From Schaalia meyeri (GTDB lineage Bacteria; Actinomycetota; Actinomycetes; Actinomycetales; Actinomycetaceae), in NCBI RefSeq assembly GCF_900105015.1, contig NZ_FNLK01000007.1:1-32000 (forward strand): DNA of 32,000 nt, in the 5' to 3' direction. The position numbers were made by a program, and so were the translations under genes. Shown here piece by piece: positions 17,101 through 24,738 of this stretch. The notes beneath the pieces were generated by a model. That model saw nothing but the letters and a program-made list of their open reading frames with translations, was not told where the DNA came from and did not search any database. How positions within the stretch are numbered: position 1 is the stretch's first letter; every line of letters starts with the position of its first letter.

Positions 17101-18129
17101 GAGGTTCGGATGAGCCATCGTCACATCGCCGCTCAGGTCCCCCTCGATGGTAAGGGGCACGACCGTGCCTCCAGTGATCGCCCCGTCCTTCAGGCCTGCC
17201 CCGCCCTCCGGGGCGGTCACCAGTTCGTAGGTGAGATTCGCGGAACCGTCAAGCACCTGCGCGCGCGTCACTCCCTGTGGCAGCAGCGACGTGGGCCAGG
17301 CCAGCACGTTCGCGCTGACCCAGTAGGCGCGCTGCTCACCGGAACCGGCGACCGGCGCATCCGATGCCGCGATCTCGAGCTTGTGGGACGAAGAATCGTA
17401 GGTGAAGGTCACGAGCTTGTTCGCTTTCGTCGCAAACTGATAGTTGGCGCCACCGGGCACGCCGTCGCGCCCGTAATTCTCATTCCACGAACCACCGATG
17501 GCGACCTTGACCTCGTAGGAGCCTTCGGGCAGGGCCGCTGTCTGGAACGTGTAGGTGCCGTCCCCCACCGGTTCCATCAGCGGCGCCAGGCAGTCCGGTT
17601 TCCAGTTGTCCGAGCAGCCCAGCGCCTTTTGCAGGGAGCCTGGCAGGGTCACCATCTGGTCGGTCACCGTGTTCCACACGCGATGAGTCACGCGGTTGTA
17701 GTAGAAGGTGACGTCCGTTTGTTCCTTCAGGGAGTATGCGATATTCGCTCCCCCGGCCACGCCGCCGCGCCCGTAGGAAACGTCCCACGAGCCACCCTCC
17801 GCGACCTTGTACTCGTAGTCGCCCGCGGGCAGGGTGAACGTTGCGGAGTAGACGCCGGTCCTATCGCGCGTGAGCGCGGCCTTGGCGCAGCCGGGCGCCC
17901 AATCGGCGTCGCACCCCATGGCCTTGTTATGACTGCCGGGGATTGTCACCAGCAGGTTCTCATCTGCGGTATTCTCACCGGCCTCGGCGGCTCGCGCGCC
18001 CGCACTTTGGTATGACGCTTCCGCCTCGGGGGCAGCCCACGCCGCGGGAAGCGCACCCCCCATCAGCGCCAGCACCGCGCCCACACCCAGGGCTCGACGC
18101 AGCAACGTTCTGTTATATCGGTGTGTCAC
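14110..18129 (-). CDS. Secreted type I pullulanase (GH13, alpha-1,6-glucosidase) with two N-terminal carbohydrate-binding modules and C-terminal cell-wall-binding repeats
   Basis: GH13 regions are VLDQVYNHT, GFRFDLMGH, YGEGWNFGE and YVDAHDNETL, plus the pullulanase signature YNWGYDPFHW. The GTG start at 18129 is preceded by GAGGGAG and gives the signal peptide VTHRYNRTLLRRALGVGAVLALMGGALPAAWA/AP. The track start at 18267 adds 46 non-signal-like residues and is rejected. Confidence 0.9.
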   Translation of the reverse strand: MTHRYNRTLLRRALGVGAVLALMGGALPAAWAAPEAEASYQSAGARAAEAGENTADENLLVTIPGSHNKAMGCDADWAPGCAKAALTRDRTGVYSATFTLPAGDYEYKVAEGGSWDVSYGRGGVAGGANIAYSLKEQTDVTFYYNRVTHRVWNTVTDQMVTLPGSLQKALGCSDNWKPDCLAPLMEPVGDGTYTFQTAALPEGSYEVKVAIGGSWNENYGRDGVPGGANYQFATKANKLVTFTYDSSSHKLEIAASDAPVAGSGEQRAYWVSANVLAWPTSLLPQGVTRAQVLDGSANLTYELVTAPEGGAGLKDGAITGGTVVPLTIEGDLSGDVTMAHPNLSGYIALRADIDQAKAREALTGQIAVAQKSGGTINAFTGVQIAPVLDSIYAAKATQASFGVGWRDDGKPTFALWAPTAKNVTLLSWNTKTPGGADDEVSGDAVRTPAQRGDDGRWSVDNADGAIHEGAQYLWEVRVYVPSTGAVETNTVTDPYSVGLTVDSTRSVAVNMNDPSIAPSEWKNTAAPVLQDDAQRSIYELHVRDFSAKDESVPEEMRGTYMAFTQHQSGGMRHLSELAKAGMNTVHLLPTFDIATIPEKRSDQKVPDIPQDAGPASEAQQAAVAAVADQDAYNWGYDPFHWMAPEGSYATESHQNGGARVREFRSMVGGLHSIGMQVVLDQVYNHTPAAGQDAHSVLDRVVPGYYQRLNAAGAVETSTCCSNVATENAMSERLMIDSMIHWAKHYHVDGFRFDLMGHHPADGMKRAKEALKSLTLDKDGVDGSRLYIYGEGWNFGEVANNALFRQATQGQLDGTGIGAFNDRLRDAVHGGGPFDEDHRVFQGLGSGAFSDANGLDTRSADERRADYLHRVDLVKLGLAGNLKDYPLTTYDGRSILGAQLDYNGHGAGFASQPVENVNYVDAHDNETLFDLVTYKMPTNAPMDNRVRMSLLSQASVSLSQSPALWASGTEMLRSKSLDRDSYNSGDHFNAIDWTMRDNGFGRGLPMKSKNGAAWDHMRPLLENPDLKPSPEQIGASSKIAMDFLRVRSSSRLFTLGSADLVRSKVSFPNSGSAAVDGTIMMLINDEADSRDDIDRELDGALVVFNATGEAIKQRVDGLAGRVFKLHEAQAGGADEVVKGASFDGKTGTVTVPARTVAVFTQAVGARVNPAPDPSEGKWIQSSDGRWWLRYPDGSYPFNERIKINGITYSFDSEGWMKTGWEYDAGQWRYYKASGAMATGWTLVGGSWFYLDPASGVMATGWLRDGANWYYLTGSGAMATGWTFVGGSWYYLSDSGVMATGWLPYGSSWYYLDPASGAMVTGRVVVDGTTYTFDSSGRWIA
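14113..14607 (-). repeat. Coding tandem repeats: about 7 cell-wall-binding (choline-binding-like, ~20 aa) repeats, including a near-duplicated ~41-aa double unit
   Basis: The protein tail reads ...ATGWTLVGGSWFYLDPASGVMATGWLRDGANWYYLTGSGAMATGWTFVGGSWYYLSDSGVMATGWLPYGSSWYYLDPASGAMVTG.... Nucleotide-level repeats of CCCGTGGCCATCGC recur about 123 nt apart. Confidence 0.8.
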
Positions 18130-18190
18130 GATAGACTCCCTCGTCCATAAACGGTCCCCTCCTGCGGGGGATGGTCCTAGGTTAGACACA

Positions 18191-18237
18191 CTGCAACGCA
18201 ATGGAAACTTTTCTGCAAAGGACAAGCACTTTTGCGG
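18191..18237 (-). promoter_or_regulatory. Candidate sugar-regulator operator/promoter region of the pullulanase gene (TTGCAG repeats)
   Basis: The region is relatively AT-rich. On the coding (minus) strand TTGCAG occurs twice exactly 22 nt apart (complement of 18213-18218 and 18191-18196). An inverted degenerate copy TTGCGG sits on the plus strand at 18232-18237. A possible -10 TAACCT lies downstream. Confidence 0.25.
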
Positions 18238-18246
18238 TAAGAGGGT

Positions 18247-18280
18247 AAACAAAAGCCCCGTCACCACCGCGGTGACGAGG
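18247..18280 (-). terminator. Intrinsic terminator after the tRNA-Gln/Glu/Glu cluster
   Basis: The stem pairs CCCCGTCACC (18256-18265) with GGTGACGAGG (18271-18280), with one mismatch and the loop ACCGC. On the minus strand it is followed by CTTTTGTTT. Confidence 0.6.
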
Positions 18281-18287
18281 CCGTTCG

Positions 18288-18360
18288 TACCCCCAACCGG
18301 ATTTGAACCGGTGTTAACGCCGTGAGAGGGCGTCGTCCTAGGCCGCTAGACGATGGGGGC
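18288..18360 (-). tRNA. tRNA-Glu (anticodon CTC), copy 1
   Basis: Hand-folded 73-nt cloverleaf. The acceptor is GCCCCCA/TGGGGGT, the anticodon arm is ACGCC-CTCTCAC-GGCGT and the T arm is ACCGG-TTCAAAT-CCGGT. No CCA is encoded. Confidence 0.93.
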
Positions 18361-18380
18361 CTTGATTCACATTGAATCCG

Positions 18381-18453
18381 TACCCCCAACCGGATTTGAA
18401 CCGGTGTTAACGCCGTGAGAGGGCGTCGTCCTAGGCCGCTAGACGATGGGGGC
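18381..18453 (-). tRNA. tRNA-Glu (anticodon CTC), copy 2, identical to copy 1
   Basis: All 73 nt are identical to 18288-18360. The two copies are separated by a 20-nt spacer. Confidence 0.93.
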
Positions 18454-18478
18454 CGCCTGAAACTATCGCTTCAGATCG

Positions 18479-18550
18479 CTGGGGTACCAGGACTCGAACC
18501 TAGAATGGCTGAACCAGAATCAGCTGTGTTGCCAATTACACCATACCCCA
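18479..18550 (-). tRNA. tRNA-Gln (anticodon CTG)
   Basis: Hand-folded 72-nt cloverleaf. The acceptor is TGGGGTA/TACCCCA, the anticodon arm is GCTGA-TTCTGGT-TCAGC and the T loop is TTCGAGT. No CCA is encoded. Confidence 0.93.
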
Positions 18551-18702
18551 CTGGGTGTCTCCCGCTTCGCTCTCGCGTCGCTGGCGACGAGAGATAACTG
18601 TAGCGGACAACAACCCGGGTGCCAAATCGAGCGCCCGTGGCGCCCGTCACGCGCTTCTCGCCCGCCCCACCCTCGCGGTGCGGGGGCTGGGCGATGCACG
18701 AC

Positions 18703-20208
18703 TCAGGCCAGCGACTGGCGCAGCGCCCTCAGGCGAGCCAGCGAGGAGACGCGCCCCAGAATCTCCATCGACTCAAACAGCGGAGGCGACACCTGGCGGC
18801 CCGTTACGGCAACGCGCAGCGGACCAAAAGCCAGGCGAGGCTTGACACCCATGTGGTCAACGATGCGTTCGCGCAGCGAAGCCTCGAGGGAGGCGGTCGT
18901 GAATTCACCCAGGCCTTCCACCGTCTCGATGGCGGCATCCAGCACGTCACCGGCGTTGTCCTTCAGCTTCGAGACGGCCTTCTCGTCCATCTCCAGCGCA
19001 TCGTCGGCGACGAAAAGGAAGCCAAGCATGGCCGTGGCCTCACCCAGCAGCTGAATGCGCGTCTGGATGAGGGGCGCGGCCTCCGTGAGGATCTCGCGCT
19101 CGCGCTCGGTCAGCTCACCGAAAGACTCGGCGGACACCAGGTGGTCGCGATGCAGGAAGGGCACCAGGCGGTCACGGAAGTCAATGCCATCGAGCAGACG
19201 GATCTGCTCGGCGTTAATCGCGATGGCCTTCTTCTGATCGAAGCGCGCCGGGTTCGGGTTCACGTCCGAAATGTCGAAGGCCCGCGCCATCTCTTGCATG
19301 GAGAAAATGTCGCGGTCGGGGGCGATCGACCAGCCCAGCAGGGCGAGGTAGTTGTTCAGGCCCTCGGGGATCATGCCCGCCGCCTTGTGCAGGAGCAGGT
19401 TCGATTCCGGGTCGCGCTTGGACAGCTTCTTGTTGCCCTCGCCCATGACGTAGGGCAGGTGCCCGAAGCGGGGCATAAACGTCGCGACGCCGATGGCCTG
19501 AAGCGCGCGGTACAGAACGATCTGGCGAGGCGTCGAAGAGAGCAGGTCCTCGCCGCGCAGGACGTGCGTGATCCCCATGAGCGCATCATCGATGGGGTTG
19601 ACCAGCGTGTACAGCGGGTGCCCGTTGGCGCGAACGATGACATAGTCGGGAATGGAACCCGCCTTAAAGGTGATTTCGCCGCGGATCAGGTCCGTGAACG
19701 TAATGTCCTCGTCGGGCATGCGCAGGCGCAGCACCGGCTGGCGCCCCTCGGCGCGGTAGGCCGCGATCTGTTCCTCGCTCAGGTCGCGATCAAAGCCGTC
19801 GTAGCCCAGCTTGGGGTCCTCGCCCCTCGCGCGGTGGCGCTCTTCGACTTCCTCGGGCGTCGAGTAAGATTCGTAGGCATAGCCGACCTGAAGCAGGCGG
19901 GCGGCAACGTCACGGTAGATGTCCATGCGCTGGCTCTGACGGTAGGGGCCGTGGGGTCCTCCCTTGTCGACTCCCTCATCCCAGTCGAGGCCCAGCCACC
20001 GCAGCGATTCGATGATCTGGTCGAAGGATTCCTGGGAATCGCGGGCGGCGTCCGTGTCTTCGACGCGAAAGACGAAGGTCCCTCCCGCATGGCGGGCGTA
20101 CGCCCAGTTGAACAGGCACGTGCGGACCATCCCGACGTGGGGGGTTCCTGTGGGCGAGGGACAGAAGCGGACGCGCACGTCGGCGCAGGTGGCAGTTGTT
20201 TCACTCAT
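18703..20208 (-). CDS. gltX: Glutamate--tRNA ligase
   Basis: 501 aa with the HIGH-type motif [10 protein letters not shown] and the KMSKS-type motif KKLSKRD. The sequence is class I GluRS-like throughout. Confidence 0.95.
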   Translation of the reverse strand: MSETTATCADVRVRFCPSPTGTPHVGMVRTCLFNWAYARHAGGTFVFRVEDTDAARDSQESFDQIIESLRWLGLDWDEGVDKGGPHGPYRQSQRMDIYRDVAARLLQVGYAYESYSTPEEVEERHRARGEDPKLGYDGFDRDLSEEQIAAYRAEGRQPVLRLRMPDEDITFTDLIRGEITFKAGSIPDYVIVRANGHPLYTLVNPIDDALMGITHVLRGEDLLSSTPRQIVLYRALQAIGVATFMPRFGHLPYVMGEGNKKLSKRDPESNLLLHKAAGMIPEGLNNYLALLGWSIAPDRDIFSMQEMARAFDISDVNPNPARFDQKKAIAINAEQIRLLDGIDFRDRLVPFLHRDHLVSAESFGELTEREREILTEAAPLIQTRIQLLGEATAMLGFLFVADDALEMDEKAVSKLKDNAGDVLDAAIETVEGLGEFTTASLEASLRERIVDHMGVKPRLAFGPLRVAVTGRQVSPPLFESMEILGRVSSLARLRALRQSLA

Positions 20209-20248
20209 GATTCCCCAATCCTACTCCAGGCGAAGCCGTTGTATTTGC

Positions 20249-20279
20249 CTGTTGCATGGGCGCGCTGGGCCTGCAACAG
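20249..20279. promoter_or_regulatory. 8-bp inverted repeat CTGTTGCA-N15-TGCAACAG in the gltX/patB-like divergent promoter region
   Basis: The repeat is seen directly in the sequence. It could be an operator or a 5'-UTR hairpin for either gene. No family is recognised. Confidence 0.2.
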
Positions 20280-20350
20280 CGCACGGGGATACTCTGTGGG
20301 TGTGAAAGGCCGCGGCACGCGCGAGCCAGGAAACAGCGCAGGAGGATCAC

Positions 20351-21523
20351 ATGCCCGTCCGTCTCTATTCCGACACCCAGCTGTACCGCACGGGGTCCCT
20401 CAAGTGGACGGGGATCACGCGGTCAAACGGGGATCCGACGATCGGAGCGTGGGTTGCGGAGATGGACTTTGGCACGGCGCCCGAGGTGGCTGACGCGATG
20501 AAGAGGGCGATCGATAACGGCTTGCTCGGCTATCAGCCCACGTGGCTGGCGCCTTCCGTTGCCGCGGCGACCGCGGAGTTTCACGACAGGCGCTTCGGGT
20601 GGGACGTCGACGCCTCGCACGTGCGCCTGGTGGCGTCGGTGCTGCCGGCTCTGGAGGCCACGATCAACCACCTCGTCCGTCCGGGGGCGCCGGTCATCGT
20701 CCCCACTCCCGCGTACATGCCGTTCCTGTCGATCCCCGGAAAGTTCGATCACCCGGTGATCGAGGTTCCCTCGCTGCGGGGCACGCGCGCAGGCGGCCAC
20801 GGATGGGCGCTGGACCTGGAGGGGATTCGCGCCGGGCTCGAGTCCGGCGCCGGGCTCGTGATCCTGTGCAACCCGTGGAACCCGGTGGGACGGGTGCTGC
20901 GCGAAGAGGAGCTGCGGGCGTTGCACGACCTCGTTAGCCGCTACGACGCCCTCGTGTTTGCCGACGAAATCCACTCTTCGCTGGTGCTCGACGAATCGAT
21001 CCCCTTCGTCTCCTATGCATCGCTCGGGCCCTCCTACGCGTCCCACACGGTCACGGCGACCGCCGCGTCAAAGGGATGGAACATCGCGGGTCTGCCCTGC
21101 GCCCAGGTGATCCTCCCGGACGAGGAGCTGCGCGGCCGCTGGGACGAGTTCGGGGCGCAGGTGCGCCACGGTGCGACCGTCATCGGCGCGGTGGGCACGA
21201 TCACCGCCTACCAGCACGGCGATGCGTGGCAGCGAGAAGTCAAGGACCTGATCCGCGCGAACGTGGACCTCGTGGAGTCCCGCCTGTCAGGCTCCCCCAT
21301 CGACTTCGTGCGCCCGGAAGGCACATACCTGACGTGGTGGGGCTTTGCGCGCACCGACCTGGGGCGCCTCTCCCCCTGCGCCGTCCTGCGCGACAAGGCG
21401 GGCATCGCCACCAACGAGGGGATGACGCTGGGCGCCGACTACCGCGAGTGGGCGCGCATCAACCTGGCGTGCGCGCCCGACGTGGCGGAGCGAATCGTGG
21501 AGCGCGTCTTAGCGTTGCTCTGA
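20351..21523 (+). CDS. MalY/PatB-family PLP-dependent C-S lyase (cystathionine beta-lyase-type aminotransferase class I/II)
   Basis: The N-terminal hallmark is YRTGSLKWTG...GAWVAEMDFGTAPEVADAMKRAIDNGLLGYQ, with a PLP-fold core (SKGWNIAGL). The RBS AGGAGGA lies 6 nt upstream of the ATG at 20351. Confidence 0.88.
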   Translation: MPVRLYSDTQLYRTGSLKWTGITRSNGDPTIGAWVAEMDFGTAPEVADAMKRAIDNGLLGYQPTWLAPSVAAATAEFHDRRFGWDVDASHVRLVASVLPALEATINHLVRPGAPVIVPTPAYMPFLSIPGKFDHPVIEVPSLRGTRAGGHGWALDLEGIRAGLESGAGLVILCNPWNPVGRVLREEELRALHDLVSRYDALVFADEIHSSLVLDESIPFVSYASLGPSYASHTVTATAASKGWNIAGLPCAQVILPDEELRGRWDEFGAQVRHGATVIGAVGTITAYQHGDAWQREVKDLIRANVDLVESRLSGSPIDFVRPEGTYLTWWGFARTDLGRLSPCAVLRDKAGIATNEGMTLGADYREWARINLACAPDVAERIVERVLALL

Positions 21524-21550
21524 TCCGCTGACGAAGGGGGTCTGCGCGAC

Positions 21551-21568
21551 GCCCGGGGTTTCCCGGGC
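21551..21568. terminator. Short GC hairpin between the convergent patB-like and PNP genes
   Basis: GCCCGGG-GTTT-CCCGGGC forms a 7-bp stem with a tetraloop. There is no U tract. Confidence 0.35.
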
Positions 21569-21589
21569 CACGGCCTCGCTCGTGAAAAC

Positions 21590-22387
21590 TCATGCCCCCA
21601 GGGCAGCCTCAATGCCGGCGACGACGAGTCCCCGGGCCGCCGACGCCGCCTCCACGACGGCGCCGGGATCAGTGGGCGCTTTAGCGAAAGACAGGTCGGA
21701 AACGACGGACATCCCGGCGACCCGTACGCCCAGGGCGTGCAGCGTCAGCGCCTCCATGACGGTCGACATGCCCACGCAGTCGATACCGAGTCCCGCCAGG
21801 ACGCGCGCCTCCGCCAGCGTCTGATACTCCGGGCCGCGCAGGATCGCGTAAACGCCCTCACGCTGGCAGGGACCGCACAGAGCGCGGGTCATGGCCCGGT
21901 CCCACACGGCCGACACGTCCAGGAACAGCGGCCCGGTAAACGGCGAGACGCCGCTGAGGTTCACGTGATCGGTGATGGCCATGACGTCTCCGAGGCGCCA
22001 CGAGCGCAGGCACCCGTTCGCGTTCGTGAGGACAGCCCGCTCCACCCCGGCGGCGGCCGCCGCGCGAGCCAACGCGGTCACGGCGCGCACTCCTCTGCCC
22101 TCGTACAGGTGGGTGCGTCCCGTCGCGACCAGCACGGTTCCGCGGGCGCCCGCATAGGCCCGCAGCTCGCCGCCGTGGCCGTCGGCCACCGGAGCAACCA
22201 GGCCGGGGATACTTCCCAGGGACACGGCGAAGGCGGGTTCACCCCACGCCTGGTCGAGCGCGTCCGCCAATCCCGACCCCAGGACGACGAGCGCGTGCGG
22301 GGTACCCGTGAGCCCGGCGAGGAGCGCCCCGGCGGCCCTGGCCTCCTCATCCAAAAGGGCGCGCGCAAAGCGTGGGTCGGTGCTCAC
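21590..22387 (-). CDS. Purine nucleoside phosphorylase (trimeric PNP / PunA type)
   Basis: 265 aa with PNP_UDP_1-like segments VVLGSGL, GRTHLYEGRG, TNANGCL, GPEYQT and VGMSTVMEA. Its start overlaps the stop of the upstream permease by 4 nt. Confidence 0.85.
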   Translation of the reverse strand: MSTDPRFARALLDEEARAAGALLAGLTGTPHALVVLGSGLADALDQAWGEPAFAVSLGSIPGLVAPVADGHGGELRAYAGARGTVLVATGRTHLYEGRGVRAVTALARAAAAAGVERAVLTNANGCLRSWRLGDVMAITDHVNLSGVSPFTGPLFLDVSAVWDRAMTRALCGPCQREGVYAILRGPEYQTLAEARVLAGLGIDCVGMSTVMEALTLHALGVRVAGMSVVSDLSFAKAPTDPGAVVEAASAARGLVVAGIEAALGA

Positions 22388-23868
22388 TCACCGCCCCCTT
22401 CGAGGCCCTGCGCGTAGGTGCGCGAGGAAAGCGTCTCCTGGGCGCGTACGCGGCCCGCGCTGGTCGCCCAGTAGCCGACGAAACCCACGACCATGGCCAG
22501 GAGGATGCCGATGTTGGCGCCCGCCCAGTCTCCCTCGCGCCCACCGAGGGGACCCAGCAGGTAGCCCTGCCAGGAGAGCCACGACGCGTTCGAGTTCACG
22601 ACCAGGCCCCACCCCCCGAGGGAACCGACCGCCAGCGATGCGACGGCACCCCAGTTCACTGACCCGTAGCGGCCCGACGGGGTAAAGAGCGAGGGCTCGT
22701 CGTAGTCCTTACGGCGCAGCGCGATATCGGCGAGCATGACGCCGCCCCACGCGGCGATCACGACGCCGAGGGTGGTAAGGAAAGCGGTGAAAGGAGTCAG
22801 GAAGGAGTCGGCGAAGAACACGACGACGATGGTTCCGACCGTCATGATCGTGCCGTCGATGGCCGTGGCGACCGGGCGTGACACGGGCACCCCCACGGCC
22901 AGCAGAGACAGGCCCGAAGAGTAGATGTCCATGACGATTCCGCCGATCAGCCCCAGGATCGCGACGATGGCGAAGGGAATGAGGAACCACGTGGGCAGCA
23001 GCGTCGTAAGCGCTCCGATCGGATCGGCGCCGATCGCCTCCGACAGGGATTCGTCGGCCGAGCCAACCAGGAGGATACCGAAGAACACCAGGACGACCGT
23101 GGGCAGCGCCGCGCCCAGCGTCGTCCACCCGACGACTCCTCGCGTCGACGCGGCGCGCGGCAAGTAGCGCGAGTAGTCGGCGGCCGCATTAATCCAGCCG
23201 AAACCAAAACCCACGAGGAGCATACAGCCGGCACCTAAGACGGCGGCCACGGGCGCCCCAGGCCGCGAGGCCAGCACCGAAAAGTTGATCGTCGGAGCAA
23301 CCAGGACCAGGTACACGAGCGTCAGGGCGGCGCTCGCCCACGTGATCCACGTCTGCACCTTCATGATCGCCTCGAAGCCGAGGATGCCCGAACCGGCTGC
23401 CAGGACCACGACGAGAACCAGGGATATCACCTGGGCGAGGAGGTGGTTTGAAAACCCCATGGCACCCATGACGGTGGCCGTGGCCTGGACCGCTATGATC
23501 GCCAGGAAGGTCTCCCACCCCACCGTCAGAATCCACGAGATAGCCGCAGACACGCGGTTGCCGTTAAAACCGAAGGCGGCACGCGACAGGACCAGCGTCG
23601 GCGCGGACCCGCGCTTGCCCGCAAGCGCGACCAGGCCGCAGACCAGGAACGACAGGGTCACCCCGACGACCGACACGACGACCGCCTGAGCCAGGGAGAG
23701 GCCAAAACCCAGCACCCACGACCCCCAGGAGATTCCCAGAACCGAGATATTCGCTGCGAACCACGGCATGAACAGGTCGGCAGGCCTGCCCTTACGATCG
23801 GATTCAGGAATGACGTCCAGGCCGGCCATCTCGACGGCCAGCGCGCCCGAGGACTGGGGTTCGCTCAC
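22384..23868 (-). CDS. NCS1-family purine/cytosine (nucleobase:cation) permease
   Basis: 494 aa with about 12 TM segments. The N-terminal pattern IPESDRKGRPADLFMPWFAANISVLGISWG is typical of CodB/FCY2-type permeases. The GTG start at 23868 has AGGAG 7 nt upstream. Confidence 0.85.
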   Translation of the reverse strand: MSEPQSSGALAVEMAGLDVIPESDRKGRPADLFMPWFAANISVLGISWGSWVLGFGLSLAQAVVVSVVGVTLSFLVCGLVALAGKRGSAPTLVLSRAAFGFNGNRVSAAISWILTVGWETFLAIIAVQATATVMGAMGFSNHLLAQVISLVLVVVLAAGSGILGFEAIMKVQTWITWASAALTLVYLVLVAPTINFSVLASRPGAPVAAVLGAGCMLLVGFGFGWINAAADYSRYLPRAASTRGVVGWTTLGAALPTVVLVFFGILLVGSADESLSEAIGADPIGALTTLLPTWFLIPFAIVAILGLIGGIVMDIYSSGLSLLAVGVPVSRPVATAIDGTIMTVGTIVVVFFADSFLTPFTAFLTTLGVVIAAWGGVMLADIALRRKDYDEPSLFTPSGRYGSVNWGAVASLAVGSLGGWGLVVNSNASWLSWQGYLLGPLGGREGDWAGANIGILLAMVVGFVGYWATSAGRVRAQETLSSRTYAQGLEGGGE

Positions 23869-23930
23869 AATGTGCTCCTATGGCGAAAGTGTCGTTCAAA
23901 CACCTCCATTTTACCGCATAGGTCACATTC

Positions 23931-24698
23931 TCAGGCTCGCACGACGGGATTCGACAGGCGGCCGATGCCCTCGATCTCGATCTCGACGCGATCCCCCACG
24001 TCAATGCGACCGCACCCGGCGGGAGCGCCGGTGACGATCACGTCACCGGGCAGCAGCGTCATTTGATGCGACGCGTAGGACACCAGCTCGTAGGCTTTCC
24101 AGATCATGTCCGACGTGCACCCGTCCTGCCCAGGTTCGCCGTTCACGAAGGAACAAATGGACAGGTTGTCTACGTCCAACTCGGGGTCGACCGTGATCCA
24201 CGGCCCCAGGGGGCATGCCGTATCGAACGACTTGCCGCGCGCCCACGGGCCCCCAGTCATCGCGTCGCGAGCCGTCGCGTCATTAGCGACCGTGTAGCCC
24301 AGGATCATGTGGGGGGCGTCCTTGAGGCTCACGTCCTTGGCCAGGGACTTAATCACGATGGCGAGCTCGCCCTCGAAGATGACGTCGTCCGACCAGGCGG
24401 GGATCACGATCGGATCGTCCGGGCCGATCACGCAGGTGTTCGGCTTGATAAAGATCGGCGGCTCTTTCCTCTCCTCGGGGGGAATCGGGGTATCCGAATA
24501 GTTGTTGCCGATGCCCACGACCTTCGAGCGCGGGATCACCGGGGACAGCAGGCGCACCTCGTCCAGCTCGTAGATCTGGCCGGAAGGCTCGACGGGCGAA
24601 AACAGCGGGTCCCCCTTGAGACCCACAATCCTATTCGATCCCTCTTCGAGGGCGCCGTACACCGGGTTCGTTCCATCGGAAAAACGCGCGATTCTCAT
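23931..24698 (-). CDS. Fumarylacetoacetate hydrolase (FAH) family protein
   Basis: 255 aa with the FAH C-terminal-domain metal and active-site pattern FEGELAIVI...VANDATARD...GDVIVTGAPAG. Confidence 0.85.
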   Translation of the reverse strand: MRIARFSDGTNPVYGALEEGSNRIVGLKGDPLFSPVEPSGQIYELDEVRLLSPVIPRSKVVGIGNNYSDTPIPPEERKEPPIFIKPNTCVIGPDDPIVIPAWSDDVIFEGELAIVIKSLAKDVSLKDAPHMILGYTVANDATARDAMTGGPWARGKSFDTACPLGPWITVDPELDVDNLSICSFVNGEPGQDGCTSDMIWKAYELVSYASHQMTLLPGDVIVTGAPAGCGRIDVGDRVEIEIEGIGRLSNPVVRA

Positions 24699-24738
24699 GC
24701 CTGTAGTCTAATTCACGAACCGCCCGCGGCGCCAGGTC

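Noticed and set aside
14593-18015. Two long plus-strand ORFs (14593-15981 and 16048-18015)
   Set aside because: Both are antisense to the pullulanase gene, which carries all the GH13 signature regions. Their translations are Arg/His/Gly/Val-rich junk.
18619-20493. 624-aa plus-strand ORF
   Set aside because: It is antisense to gltX and runs across the gltX/patB-like promoter region. Its composition is typical of high-GC shadow ORFs, and it has no recognisable motifs.
23869-23930. Purine riboswitch upstream of the NCS1 permease/PNP pair
   Set aside because: The spacer is only 62 nt and lacks the conserved purine-aptamer loops (TATAAT...GGAT...CTACC type elements). The pair is more likely co-transcribed with the FAH gene or driven by a simple promoter.
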